NCBI RefSeq assembly: GCF_004010195.1
Contig: NC_057725.1
Coordinates: forward strand, 20,486,239-20,545,857
Reading direction: 5' to 3'
DNA: 59,619 nucleotides
Source: Chiloscyllium plagiosum
Taxonomy: Eukaryota
Position 1 is the stretch's first letter. Every line of letters begins with the position of its first letter. The notes beneath the pieces were generated by a model. It was not told the origin of the DNA and searched no databases. It worked only from the letters and a program-made list of their open reading frames with translations. Of this stretch, positions 1-12,229 are shown one piece after another. The position numbers and the translations under genes are program-made.

Positions 1-1268
1 TAAAGAATTTACAGAAATATTGGCTGGTCCACTTATGGACATGCATATAGTCAGGGCTCCCGCCTTTGCTGAAAGAGGCAAATATCTCTCTTATCCTCAA
101 AAAAGGAAAGGACCCAGAAGATTGTCCATCATACAGACCAATATCCTTGCTAAATGTAGATTTTAAAATCCTCTCTAAAACGTTAGCACTGAGATTAGAA
201 AGGATACTGCCATATATTATAAAGGAGGATCAGACGGGGTTTATTAAGGGCCGTAGATCATCCAATAATGTTAGAAGGGCTCTGAATATGATTCAAGCTT
301 GTCATCAGGGAAAGATACCAGGAGTAGTGGTTTCATTAGACCCGGAAAAGGCATTTGATAGGGTTGAATGGTCATATTTGTTTTACACATTGTAAAGGTT
401 TGGCGTTGAAAAGGTGTTTACCAGATGGGTCTCAACATTGTATAGTGATCCCAAAGCAGTTGTGGTTACCAATGGATTAGGTTCGGATAGCTTCAGTGTG
501 GGTAGGGGCTGCCGTCAGGGATGTCCTCTCTCGCCATTGTTATTTACGCTAATAATTGAACCACTAGCAGAAGCTATATGAACTGATCCTAATATAACGG
601 CCCCGAGGATTGGTACAGGTAAACATAAAATTACCCTTTATGCAGATGATGTCCTTCTATTCCTCAGTAACCTCTGATGTCCGTACCTCGCTTAATCCAA
701 GTTATTAATACATTTAGCGCATTCTCAGGCTATAAAATTAATTTTTCAAAATCAGAGGCTATGCCAATGGGTGGCCTTGCTATGATACCTCGCTTAGTGG
801 ACGGATCCCTTTTTCCCTTTCGTTGGTCCCTGGAGGGCTTCTTATATTTAGGTATTTTTATTACCCCTGTATTTGGTCAGTTGTACAAGTATAATTTTGT
901 GCATTTACTGGAAAGGCTAAGGCAGGACCTCCAGCGATGGGGAGACCTTCCAATTTCCTGGCTGGGTAGAATAGCACTAATTAAAATGAATGTCCTGCCC
1001 CGTCTCCTATACCCTATGAGAATGCTTCCGGTGATGCTGCCGAGGCTGGCACTACGTAAATTATATGGCTGGCTGGGTTCCTTTATCTGGAATCATAGAC
1101 GGCCCCTCATTAAGCTGAAGAAGCTACAGCTTCCACAGGCAAGGGGAGGATTGGACTTCCCAGATTTTAGGAAATATCAGTTAAGTTCCCTATTAAGTTA
1201 CATAGCTGATTGGGTCTTGTCTGATCCACAATCAATCTGGCTGGATATCGAGGCCTCTCAAGTAAAAT

Positions 1269-1439
1269 CTTTGAGAGAAAGCGAGGGCTGCAGATGCTGG
1301 ATATCAGAGCTGAAAATGTGTTGCTGGAAAAGTGCAGCAGGTCAGGCAGCATCCAAGGAACAGGAGAATCGACGTTTCGGGCATAAGCCCTTCTTCAGGT
1401 TTCCTGAAGAAGGGCTTATTTCCAGCAACACATTTTCAG
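1269..1439 (-). mobile_element. Short Penelope-type (pLTR-derived) insertion with partial fold-back, inserted into the L1
   Basis: 14-bp direct repeat ctctcaagtaaaat at 1255-1268 and 1440-1453. Same family sequence as the terminus of the Penelope at 30.9 kb. Confidence 0.85.
1367..1400 (-). ncRNA. Minimal hammerhead ribozyme core (Penelope type)
   Basis: Minus strand reads CTGAAGA-AGGGC-TTAT-GCCC-GAAA-CGTC-GATT: CUGANGA, stem II, GAAA and a GUC cleavage triplet. Confidence 0.7.
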
Positions 1440-3199
1440 CTCTCAAGTAAAATACCCACTTATTAACCTTTTATTTTCAGACAAGAGGAAAATCATTACA
1501 GATCATTGTAAAAGCCCTATAATACTAAACACAATTAAGGCTTGGAACATAATGCGGCAAAATGAGGGCAATTCACATAAAACATCCCCCTATGCACCGA
1601 TAGTGGGAATATGGGGATTCCAACCGGGGTTTACAGATGCCACTTTTAAACTCTGGAGATCCAGGTATATCTCATGTCTAGGGGACCTATTTAAAGATGG
1701 GGTCCTGATGTCTTTTGAACAGCTGCGTCAGAAATTCGGATTACCTTATGGAAACCTCTTTCGATACTTCCAAATTCGAGACTATATACAGAAGAAGACT
1801 ACATTATTAGATAGTCTTTATAAATCAGATAGAGAATGTAGAGTCCTACGACCAGTGAGGGTATCTTCCGTCAGTACTATTTATCATTTACTACATGATG
1901 AAGTATCAGGAGATATGGATAATCTGCTTAAAACATGGGATCAGGATTTGGGACTAGAAATCTCTATAGAAACGTGGAATGATATTTGGGAAAACGCTAG
2001 AAGAATTAAAATAGAGGTGGGCACTCTTGTACATTGCTTATGGACCTGTCATAAGATCCGTAGATATTGGACTATAGTAGCAAGTACCCTGACAGAAATT
2101 TTAGGAACGGAAATTGAAGTGGACCCTGTATCTCTCCTTTTGGGCTTTTCGAACTTTCCCTCCCTGAACATGTATGGGAAGAGACTATTTTCTATTCTTT
2201 CTTTCTGTGTAAGGAAAAATATTTTGGTGAACTGGGTGGCTGAGGGTCCCCCTGGACTTCCAAATTGGCACAGATTAATTATGGAATGTATTCCCCTTGA
2301 CTTCCTTACACATGTGGTGCACCGAAAGACCGAATTATTTTATAAAATATGGCAGCCCTTCTTGAATTACATAAATACAGATATTTCGGCTATCCTAACA
2401 AGGGCTTTATTTAATTGAGATTACGAACTTGGCTGGTTCGGGACCCCTTAGGAGAGGAATCCCGCATGAATACGGGTTTTATTACATTTGATGTTAACAC
2501 ATTCCGAGCATGTAAGAGACTTAAATATACACTCTGGTTAGTTGTAGGTTAGATTAGTAGTTAGTTGAGTTTTGTTTTTTTTTTCTTTCTTGGTGTTTTT
2601 TCTTTTGTTAAATTTTGGCTATTGTATATTTGATTTAATTGTATATCAATGTTTGTACTTGAGAGTTTTGTTTATTTTTGTAAACTTGTAAAAATGTTAA
2701 ATTTCTAATAAAAATATCTATTAAAAAAAGAAATGAGAAATGAGAGTGTCAGAAAGAGGTGCACCTCATTATTGAAGAAAAGGAAAGATGACAAGTAAGG
2801 AATAAACCTATTAAATAGGACTGGTAAGGCAAATTATTTTATTTAAGTTGCATTTCGCATTTTAACAAGGTGATGATTCTGAGAGGGTTTTACCTGGGTA
2901 CCTGCATCTCAACACTGCTGTACAGTGTAGCCAAAATAGTTTCATGGAAAATCCTCAGGGATTTTCCCATTTATATCCAACCCAGCAAGTTTGGGAACCA
3001 GCCAGTAACAGGTGATGAACCTGCTTGACATAGGCAGACACAACATTTGACACACAGACTGTAGCTTTCCTGCATGCTGATTTGTTGATGGCCTGCATTT
3101 TCACATTCAAAATACTTGTCTACAGATCACTCACATCTATTTTACTGAATGTCTCTGGCCGTATCCTGGACGAGGCTCAGCAGTTTGATCTCTGAGCAG

Positions 3200-4160
3200 T
3201 TTATCAATGAACATTCCTCAGGGTAGGCTCAACCATCTTCAACTGCTTCATCAATGACATTACCTCCATCGTAAGGTGCTAAATGGGGATGTTTACTGAT
3301 AATTGCTCAATGTTTAGCACCATTCACAACTCCTCAGATATTGAAGCATTCCATGTTCAAACATAACAAGATCTGGACAACACCCAGGCTTGAGCTTACA
3401 CGTGGCGAGTAACATTTGCACCATACAAACTTAAGGCAATAACCATCACCGATAAGAGACAATCCAACCATTGCTCCTTGACATTTACCATCACTGAATC
3501 GCCCACTATCAAAATCCTTAGGGTTACCATTGACCAGAAACTCAAATGATCTGGTCAGCATGGACGGATTGGACCGAAGGGTCTGTTTCCATGCTATACA
3601 TCTCTATGACTATGACATAAACATAGCGGTTCCATGAACATCAGAGGTTAGGAATTCTGTGGCGAGGAATTCACCTCCTCTTTCCTCAAAGCCTGTCCAC
3701 CATCTACAAGGCACAAATCAGGAGACTGATGGGATACTCCCCACTTGCCTGGATAGTGCAGCTCCAATAACACTCAAGGAGCTTGATATCATCCAGGACA
3801 ATGCAGCCTGCTTAACTGGCACTACATCCACAAGCATCCACTCCCTCCATTGGTGGCCTCAGTGGCAGCAGTGTGTACCATCCACAACATGAACTGCAGA
3901 AATTCCCCAAATACCCTCAGTCATCACTTTCCAAACCCATTGCCACTTCCAAAATAGAAGGAGATGCATGGATACACCCTCTAAGCCACTCACCATCTTG
4001 ATTTGGGAATATATCACTGTTCCCTCACAATCGTTGGTTCAAAGTCCTGAATATTCCCCCCAAGGGAATTGTGGTCGACCCACAGTATGTGGACTGCAGT
4101 GGTTCAAGAAGGTAGCTCACTACCACCTTCTCAAGGGCAACTAGAGATAAACACTGGCCC
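3200..4160 (+). mobile_element. Degenerate CR1-group LINE 3' fragment
   Basis: Decayed PQG..PTIFNCFIND and MF.D.CSMF motifs near 3210-3310. Related fragments occur at about 19200-19460 (-) and 24560-25570 (+). Confidence 0.6.
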
Positions 4161-4178
4161 AGCCAGAGATGCCCATGT

Positions 4179-4386
4179 TCTGGATTAGTGGTGCTGGAAG
4201 AGCACAGCAGTTCAGGCAGCATCCGAGGTTTAGCAGTAAAATCGACGTTTCGGGTATTCCTGAGGAAGGGCTTTTGCCCGAAACGTCGATTTTACTGCTA
4301 AACCTTGGATGCTGTCTGAACTGCTGTGCTCTTCCAGCACCACTAATCTAGAATCTGGTTTCCAGCATCTGCAGTCATTGTTTTTA
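4179..4386. mobile_element. Fold-back Penelope-type insertion
   Basis: Inverted arms, flanked by 16-bp TSD ccagagatgcccatgt at 4163-4178 and 4387-4402. Confidence 0.88.
4255..4291 (+). ncRNA. Minimal hammerhead ribozyme core
   Basis: CTGAGGA(4260-4266)-AGGGC-TTTT-GCCC-GAAA(4280-4283)-CGTC-GATT. Confidence 0.72.
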
Positions 4387-4789
4387 CCAGAGATGCCCAT
4401 GTACCTCAAATAAACTGAAAAAAATATAGAAACAGCTCAATAAAAACCAAAAGAACTGCAGATGCTGGAAATCAGAAACAAAAATGGGAATTGTTGGAAA
4501 AGTCAGCAGGTCTGGAAGGATCATGGAGAGAAATCTGAGTTACCGCTCATACACCAAATGGTGAGTTGGGATCCTCATCACATAGAATAGCACGCCCCCA
4601 TCCTGATTGAAACTGCTCACCTGTGCTCACAATGTCATAAATAACCAGTTCTTGTGTCTTGCTACTTGTGAATTTTATATCTCTGCTTAATTCACTGGAT
4701 TCTCACAAGAGCAGACTTAAAAAACTTGAAGACACTGGACAAAAGGTGAAGAGGAGGACGTTAACTCAAAAATAGCAACCATCACCAGT

Positions 4790-5535
4790 GAAATAATGCT
4801 GGGAAACTATTAAACATGAAGTCTGGACCTGATGGCCAGCATCTCAAAGTCTTAAAAGAAGCAGCTGTAGAGCTAACAGACGCATTGGTTGCAATCGTCC
4901 AAAGTTCTCTGGACGTTGGAAACATTCCAATGGCTGTACATCTCTATTCAAAAAAGGAAGGAGTCCAAACTACAGACCAGTTAGCCTGACATTTATCATT
5001 GGGAAAAAAGCTCAAATTCATTATTAAATCGGTAGCAGTGTGACATTTAGAAAATCATAACATGATTGAGCAAAATCAACAAGATTTTGTAAAAAGGAAA
5101 AAATATATAATAAATCTATAATAATTTCCATAAGGATGTGATGTGTGGAGTAGATAAAGTGAAATCAGTAGATGAGATGTATTTGGATTTCCAAAAGGTA
5201 TTTGATAATATGCCATATAAATGGTTATTGAAGAAGTTAAGAGCTTATGGTGTTGGGAATGATAGTTTGCCATAGGGGTATGCCTGACAAACAGGAAACT
5301 GAGAGTCAGCATAAATCAGTCATTTCATTTGGTTAATTGTAACTGGTGGAGTACTGCAGAAATCAGAGCTGGAATCTTAATTATTTACAATCTGTATCAA
5401 TTACTTGAATGAAGGAACCCAGTGTATTGCAGCCAGAGTGCAGACAATTAAAAACGATATGTAGGAAAAACGGTTGTGAGGATGATGCAAAGAATTCTGT
5501 AAAGGGATATAGATAGGTTAATTGAGCAGACAAAA
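4790..5535 (+). mobile_element. Degenerate CR1 LINE RT fragment
   Basis: Decayed PGPDG.HP.VLKE, LFKKG, NYRPVSLT and YLDFQKVFD motifs. Confidence 0.8.
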
Positions 5536-5620
5536 GAACCATGTTCATATATAATGAACTGGACACATTAGGATTTTAACATACTGATAAAAGTTTTACA
5601 GAATTCTTAAGGTTACTTAC

Positions 5621-5752
5621 CGAGCATGTTTATAAATGTGTAATTGCCAAGATGAAGATGTGCATGTCTTGTTCCAGCACCCACCATCACAGAGGTACCA
5701 TATGGAGGTTCAAGAAACTTAACCTCCCAATAATGTTCTCCATGGATGAAGC
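5621..5752 (-). CDS. SPSB3-like SPRY domain/SOCS-box protein, coding exon 2
   Basis: Acceptor ttgaacag| and donor |gtaagt; 132 nt, phase 1-1. Translates (G)FIHGEHYWEVKFLEPPYGTSVMVGAGTRHAHLHLGNYTFINML(G), which matches the SPSB3 segment [24 protein letters not shown]. Not present in the supplied ORF track. Confidence 0.9.
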
Positions 5753-6079
5753 CTGTTCAAACAGCACAATAATGAATAAAAGGGTGCATTTCATAAAGAT
5801 ATTTTCAATGGATCAATATGTTAAGCATCTGATTCAAGCAATGTACAGGTTTATATTTCTGCCACATCAATGCTCCTTTGTGCCTGAACATTTTGGAATA
5901 ACAATTCATTGTATTGACTTCTTCATTTTCCACATCTTCACAATAGTAATTTCTAAACAAATTCGGCAGTCAGGAAATCATTGCTGACAATGTCAGTGAA
6001 TAATCACAACTATTTCCATTCAATATTCTTGTATATACTACTCTAATGTAAAATAGCAAACTGTAGAGCTGTTGACAGA

Positions 6080-8345
6080 AATTTTCCAGATCTCTCTTAT
6101 CACAGAATTAGTCATGGGGACTGGAGGATTGCAAATGTTATGCCACTGTTGAGAAAAGGACAAAGGAAAATTATAGACCTGTCGGCTTGGCATAATACAG
6201 GATAAGACAAATATACGTTTAGAAAAAAGTAAGTTCATTCCAGACAGTTAACATGGCTTTGTCAAAGGACAGGTCATGTCTGTCAAATTTAATTGAATTC
6301 TCTGACAAAGTGACATGGGCAGTGGATTTGTGTCGTGCTGTGGAAGTTGTATCTTTGGACTTTCAGAAAGTATTTACTATAGAGCCACATGGCAGGTTGG
6401 TTGGCAAATTAGAAATGTTTGGGATTGACAGATTCTTGGCAGCATGGATTAGAAGTTGGCTAAAAGATAGAAGACAGAGAGTTGGTATAGATGGACATTT
6501 CTCAGATTGGAGACAAGTTGCAAATGATGATCCCCAGGGCTCGGTTTTCGGACCCTTGCCTTTTCTGATTTATATAAACAATTTGGAAATGGGTGTTGAC
6601 AGCAAAATCAATAAATTTGCAGATGATACAAAGATAGGGAGAACAGTGAATTGTATGGATGTAATTAATATAAATGATTTGGATGAGAATTTAGGAGGGA
6701 TGGTTAGTAAGTTTGCAAACGACACCAAAATCTGTGCTGTAGTTGACAGTGAAGAAGGTTATCTAACATTACAAATAGATCTTGATCAATTGGGCAAATG
6801 GGCTGAGGAGTAGCAGATGGTGTTTAATTGGGATAAATGCGAAGGATTGCATTTTGGTAAAACAAATAAGGGTAAGGCTTATACAGTTAATGCTAGGTCC
6901 TGGGTAGTGTCAAATAGAGAGACTGAGGAGTTCAGGTACATAGTTCTTTGACAGTTGCATCACAGGAGACAGGATGGTTAAGCCAGAACTTAACACGCTT
7001 GCCTTCATTGCTCAGACCATTGAGTATAAGAAATGAGATGTCATATTGAGGTAGTACAGGATGTTGGTGAGGCCACATTTGGAGTACTATGTGCAATTCT
7101 GGTCGCTCTGCTACAGAAAGGATGTTGTTAAATTGGAGAGGGTTCAGAAAAGATTTACCAGGATGTTGCTGGGAATGGAGGGTTTGAGCTATAAGGATAG
7201 GCTGGGACATTTTTCACTGGAGCGTAGGACATTGAGAAATGACCTTAGAGAGGTTTATAAAATCACTTTTGCCTCGAGTCGGGGAGTTCAAAACTATGTG
7301 GTATATTTCTAAGGCGAGAGGGGAAAAATTTAAAAGGGACCTGAGAGGCAACTTTTTCACACAGACGAATGAATTGCCAGAGGAAGTGGTAGGTGCAGAT
7401 ACAGTTACAGCATTAGAAGACATTTGGATAGATACGAACCGTTTAGAGGGATATGAGCCAAATGCAGAAAACTTGGTTAGCATGGACGAGTTGGACTGAA
7501 TGGTCTGTTTCGGTGCTGCATGACTCTATGGCTTCAGAGGGACATTGACAAGTTGACTAAATGATCAGACACCTGGCAGATGAGTTTCAATGCAAGGAAG
7601 TGTGAGGAAATATATTTAGATGGAGAAACTCAGAGAAGCAATGCAGGCTCAATTGTATCAGTGTGAAGAGAGTACAAGAGCAGATGGACCTCAGGGATTA
7701 TGTGCACAATTCTCTGAAATGGAAACAGTTGTTCAGAAGGCTTATAGGATCCTTGCATTTATAAATAGGGGCACAGAGTATTACAGCAAGGAAGTGATGC
7801 TACACCTCTACGAATCATTGGAGCATTGTATTCAATTCTGGGCACCTTATTTAAGGAAGGATGTTAAAGCCCTAGAGAAAGTGCAAAGGAGATTTAGCAG
7901 AATGATATAAGGAATGAGGGATTTTCAATACAAGGAAAGATTACAGAGATTGGGCTTGTTCTTCTTGGAGCAGAGAAGATTAAGAGGCGACCTTATTGAG
8001 GTGTTCAAAATGATGAACAATTTGGACAGGGTAAAGAAGGATATTCTATTTTCACTAGTTGGTATGTCAGTAACTAGGGATCACAACTTCAAAATTGTCA
8101 GCAAGAGAGCTAGCAATGAGATGAGGAGAAACCTCTTTGCCCAGAGAGTGTGAGGATTTGGAATACACTGTCTGGGAGAGTGATGGAGGCAGATTCCACA
8201 TGACGTTTCAAAAGAGAGCTGGATATATATTCAAAAGTGATTAATTTAGGAGGCTACGGAGGTAAGGGTGGAGCATGGAACTAGATGGGTAGTTCTTTTG
8301 GGAGCTGGTACAGACACAATGGGTCAATGGTCTCCTTCTGCAGTA
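6080..8345 (+). mobile_element. Nested cluster of CR1 LINE fragments (an older copy interrupted by a younger copy at about 6665-7530)
   Basis: ORFs 6253-6813 (LDFQK, QGSVFGP, KFADDTK occurring twice), 7061-7312 (LVRPHLEY.VQFW), 7620-7910 and 7914-8153 (LEQRRLRGDLIEVFK). Confidence 0.9.
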
Positions 8346-9112
8346 TCATATTGAGGAGTATTAAATAATTGTCAACTAATATTGTCAGAATCAGTTTTGG
8401 GTCTCCACATAGTCATGGTTATATTTTTGTACATTTTTGTAAAATAACTGTAAAATAAGAAATTGAAAAGGCAAAGAGAATCCAACATAAAATTACTGCT
8501 AAAAATTGTGGTTGCTGAATCGGAGGGAACTGCAAGTAAATGATCCAGAAATAATCTGATGTTGTTCGGCTTGAGCATATAAGTGCACAATGTTAACTGG
8601 CAGCAGCAGTAACAAGAGTGCTCGGTGAAGGGAATGTTTAATGAGCTAACTAGACAGCAAGAAAAAATATCAAACAGCATTGTGTTTGTTGCCCACACTA
8701 TCTGTTAAACATTAACATCAAACAGAAGATGTTAAAAACGTATTGCCCTGTGTATTGTGGCTGATTATTAAAACATAAGTGAATGCTTTGTGGCAATGCA
8801 ATTTACTTCAGCATTGCTGCCAATTTAGTATAAGTTGATGCAACTGTTGATTTTATTTACATTGGTCTAATACTGATTGATGAAGCATAAATATAAAGCA
8901 CAGGGCAATGTCAGTACACCCAACACAGCAATGCAATCATGCAATCACCATCTACATCTTGGCTGTAGATGGCTACAGCTAGGACCATTCATACACTAGG
9001 AAACACATTAATGTGAAACATTTTAACAATACATTTGAAGTAAAGAAAAACCTCCCTTATTCTCAGGTATTAACTAAAAACCAGAACACAGCAAAGTCTA
9101 TTTTGATATCAC

Positions 9113-9290
9113 CTTTTGTTCCTCTAACTCCGGCTGTACCTTCACTTTGCAGGACGGGATCAATATGAAAGTAAACTGCTCTCCGACATGGAGAAAGTTG
9201 TACTGCTGGTGACTTCGCATTAACATCCCACTCCCAACATTCCACAACAAAGTTATCTGAGAAGGACTGAGGTGGACAATGATATTCCAT
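9113..9290 (-). CDS. SPSB3-like SPRY domain/SOCS-box protein, first coding exon
   Basis: MEYHCPPQSFSDNFVVECWEWDVNAKSPAVQLSPCRRAVYFHIDPVLQSEGTAGVRGTK|G matches SPSB3 WVWDDLNKS..VSFH..CGTAAIRGTK. Acceptor tctgtttcag| at 9310, in-frame TAG two codons before the ATG, donor AAG|gtgata. Phase 1 joins in frame to 5752. Confidence 0.9.
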
Positions 9291-9524
9291 TGTCTATCTT
9301 GAGACATAATCTGAAACAGATTACAATAAGTACCTACTATTAAAATCAATTTAACAGCAAATTATAACTTATAGTATTGTATTTGAACTATATTGGAATT
9401 GAATTAAAGAATAAAGCACAAATATCAAATGTATGTTATATATTTGAACCTCAACTTTTGCTGTTGTTCTGGGTATTTTCTCCTCCCTTTTAAAAGAAAC
9501 TGCCATTCTGCTGTCACTCTTAAA

Positions 9525-10345
9525 CATAGAAGATGGCAGCGAAATAAACTATGTGACCCCTCGAGTCTGCTCCACAACCCAATATGATCATGGCTGATCA
9601 TCGAGCTCCATACTCTAATCCTGCCCTCCCCCTTATCCCTGATCCCTTTACTCACAAGAGCTATATCTACCTCCTTCCTGAAAATAAATAATATTTTGAT
9701 TTCAACCACTTCCTGTGGTAGTGAATTCCACTGGCTCACCACTCTCTAGGTGAAGAAATTTCTCCTCTCAGTGCTGAAAGGTTTACTCATTATCCTTAAA
9801 CTGCAGCTGGTTATGGACACCCCACCATCGGGAACAACATTTCTGCATCTAATATCTCTAGTCCTATTACAATTTTACAGATTTCTAAGAGATTCCCCCT
9901 TCATTCTCCTGGACTCCTGTGAGTGCAATCCTAACTGATGCAATCACCATCTTTCTGCAGCTACCAACCTACTCAATCCCATCATCATTTTCTAGCCTTT
10001 CCCCCATTACAACCAACACTTTGTCTTATCAGACTGATTCCTGGGATGGCAGGCTTGTTGTATGAGGACAGATTGGATCCTTATATCCTGGAGTTTAGAA
10101 GAATGAAAGGGGATCTCATTAAGACATATAACAATCTGACAGGGTTAAACAGACTGTATGCAGGACAATGTTTCTCTTGGCTGAGTAATTAGGAAACGTG
10201 GTCATGGTCTCAGGATAGTGGGCAGGCCATTTCAGACTGAGACGCGGAGATGTTTCCTCACTCAAAGAGTGGTAACCCTGTAGAATTCTCTACCACAAAA
10301 GGCTATGGAGACCAACACTGAATATTCAAGAAAGAAATAGACAGT
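9525..10345. mobile_element. Two CR1 3'-end fragments in opposite orientation (about 9525-9940 minus, about 10028-10345 plus)
   Basis: WNSLPQ.VVE and LEFRRMKGDLI.TY motifs. Confidence 0.75.
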
Positions 10346-10663
10346 GCCATTTCCCTCTATGTATTCTTCTCACAAGACCTCTGTTTATGTCGTGATTGTA
10401 CCTTCAGTTACATCACTGACTGATTTCCATTAACTTCTTGTTCTGCAATAATCACATGAATCTTCTCCAATGCCTCGCCACTTGTGTTTCTGCTTTAATG
10501 GGTGAGCAATACAGACTAATATCCACATTCCAGCAACATTTATATATGTAGCACAAGCTGAACCAGGCATGATTCGCTGAGGTCATTCTTACAAAGAAAA
10601 TTTACAAATGGAAATAATCTGGAGAAGGGTCTTGAAGATTTCAAATCTTGGGGCAGTATATAA

Positions 10664-10795
10664 TTAGGAGAAAGTGAGGACTGCAGATGCTGGAGACCAG
10701 AGTTGAAAAATGTGGTGCTGGAAAAACACAGCAGGCCAGGCAGCATCCGAGGAGTAGGAGAATCGATGTTTCGGGCATAAGCCCTTCTTCACCTG
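10664..10795 (-). mobile_element. Penelope-type terminal-repeat fragment with decayed hammerhead core
   Basis: Family sequence gctggaaaaacacagcaggccaggcagcatcc...tttcgggcataagcccttcttca. Confidence 0.75.
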
Positions 10796-10965
10796 TATAT
10801 ATTTACTTTGGCAGCTTGTTCTATTGTGGCATTGCTCTTGTGAAGAAAGCCTGTTAATACTATCATCAACGAGGCTGGAAAAGTTCACTGTTGCTCTAGA
10901 CCCACCATCTCATAAGTCACAACATAAAAGTATTTATTCTAATTATTAAGGTAACTTATCTATAT

Positions 10966-11203
10966 AAAACTGAAGTTCTGCAGATGGTGGGGAGCTGAAA
11001 TAAAAACAGGAAGTGCTGGAGAAATTCAGCAGGTCTGGTAACACACGTGCAGAGAGAGACAAAGTAAATGTTTTCAATCCAATAGGATTCTTCTTCAGAC
11101 TTGAAATGTTAACACTGTTACATTTTTCTCATATGCTCATTCTTTGTAAGAATGACCTCAGTGAATCATGCTGGGTTTCTCCAGCACTGTCTGCTTTTAT
11201 TAT
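10966..11203. mobile_element. Fold-back Penelope-type insertion (second family) containing an inverted copy of nearby sequence
   Basis: TSD cttatctatat at 10955-10965 and 11204-11214. Segment 11140-11171 is the reverse complement of 10567-10598. Confidence 0.75.
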
Positions 11204-12229
11204 CTTATCTATATCAACTAGATTTTTAATAAATAGAATTATCAGTTTATTATCAAAACAAAGCTTATTCAATAAACATGCAATATTTTGTTAACATACA
11301 TAAGATCAGCGATACAGAAGTATAAATACTTCATCCTCTAAATATTCCAAATACACACGCAAAATTGCACGCATAAACTTCAGAAAAAGAGACAAAAAAT
11401 TCTCTACAGAGATTGGCTTTCTGGAAAAAGCAGTTTGGCCAAAAGGTTATTCTTAAAAGCAGAAGAGTAAAGCATAGAATGTTCCAGAGTCCGGTACTTT
11501 GATGTTCTGACACGTGGTCATGTTGCTAATCATGTATGATAATATCTGAAATCTTGCAGATACAACTCGCTTAGGAAATACAGTTTTAGATTATTCTTTC
11601 AATCGCTTCTTCAAAAATGCAAGTAGGTTTCACTTGCAACAGACACAAAATTATTCCTGGAAATGTTCTAATTTTGGAAATGGAAGAGATCAGCTGGGCA
11701 GCTCATTCACAGCAAGCATTCCTCCAACTCATCTCGCCTTCGCAAGCTTTCCTTCAACTGAACCAAATAGAACAAGAATCTCACCAAAGCAGTCACTGTT
11801 CAAAACAGCCTGAGCAGGGTCGACAGCAAAATAAGCAGTTACCACCAGTCATATAATTTCGTGGAACCCTTGCTAAAGAAAATCTGAAATGTCCACAGTG
11901 AACATTCACTGATCTCTTTTATATGAACTGTCGCAAGTAGCTTTACAAAGCTTGAAATAAATGTCTTTGTCAACCATCCTACAAAATTGAAGTTGACCAG
12001 CAAAATTAAATATAAAGCATCAATGTAAGAATACAACGTCATACAGTCACAGTGTATTACAGCACAGAGACCTTTTGGCCCATCATTCCATGCCAGTAAA
12101 GCACCTATATATACTGTCTTGAAAACAAATGGTCTTTCTCGTTTGTGTGGATGGCAATCTTACATTGTCACCACCAGAGGGCACCAGGTACATGTATGTG
12201 CCAAATCCCACCAATCCATTCCATACTTT

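Larger units (their letters stand above)
1..2733 (+). mobile_element. L1-clade non-LTR retrotransposon, 3' part of ORF2 (RT and C-terminus), broken by stops and frameshifts, with 3' UTR and A-tail
   Basis: ORFs 66-395 (YRPISLLNVDFKILSK, DQTGF, DPEKAFDRVEW), 677-1450 and 1552-2418. GCRQGCPLSPLLF near 505-545 and LYADD near 637-650. T-rich 3' UTR, then AATAAA and an A-rich tail at about 2707-2733. Confidence 0.93.

Noticed and set aside
66-2418. Long ORFs as host genes or an active L1
   Set aside because: They are L1 ORF2 pieces broken by stops, frameshifts and an insertion.
11331-12042. Unique-looking sequence with short ORFs and a minus-strand acceptor near 11978
   Set aside because: No recognisable protein similarity and the frames close quickly. 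At most a non-coding exon.
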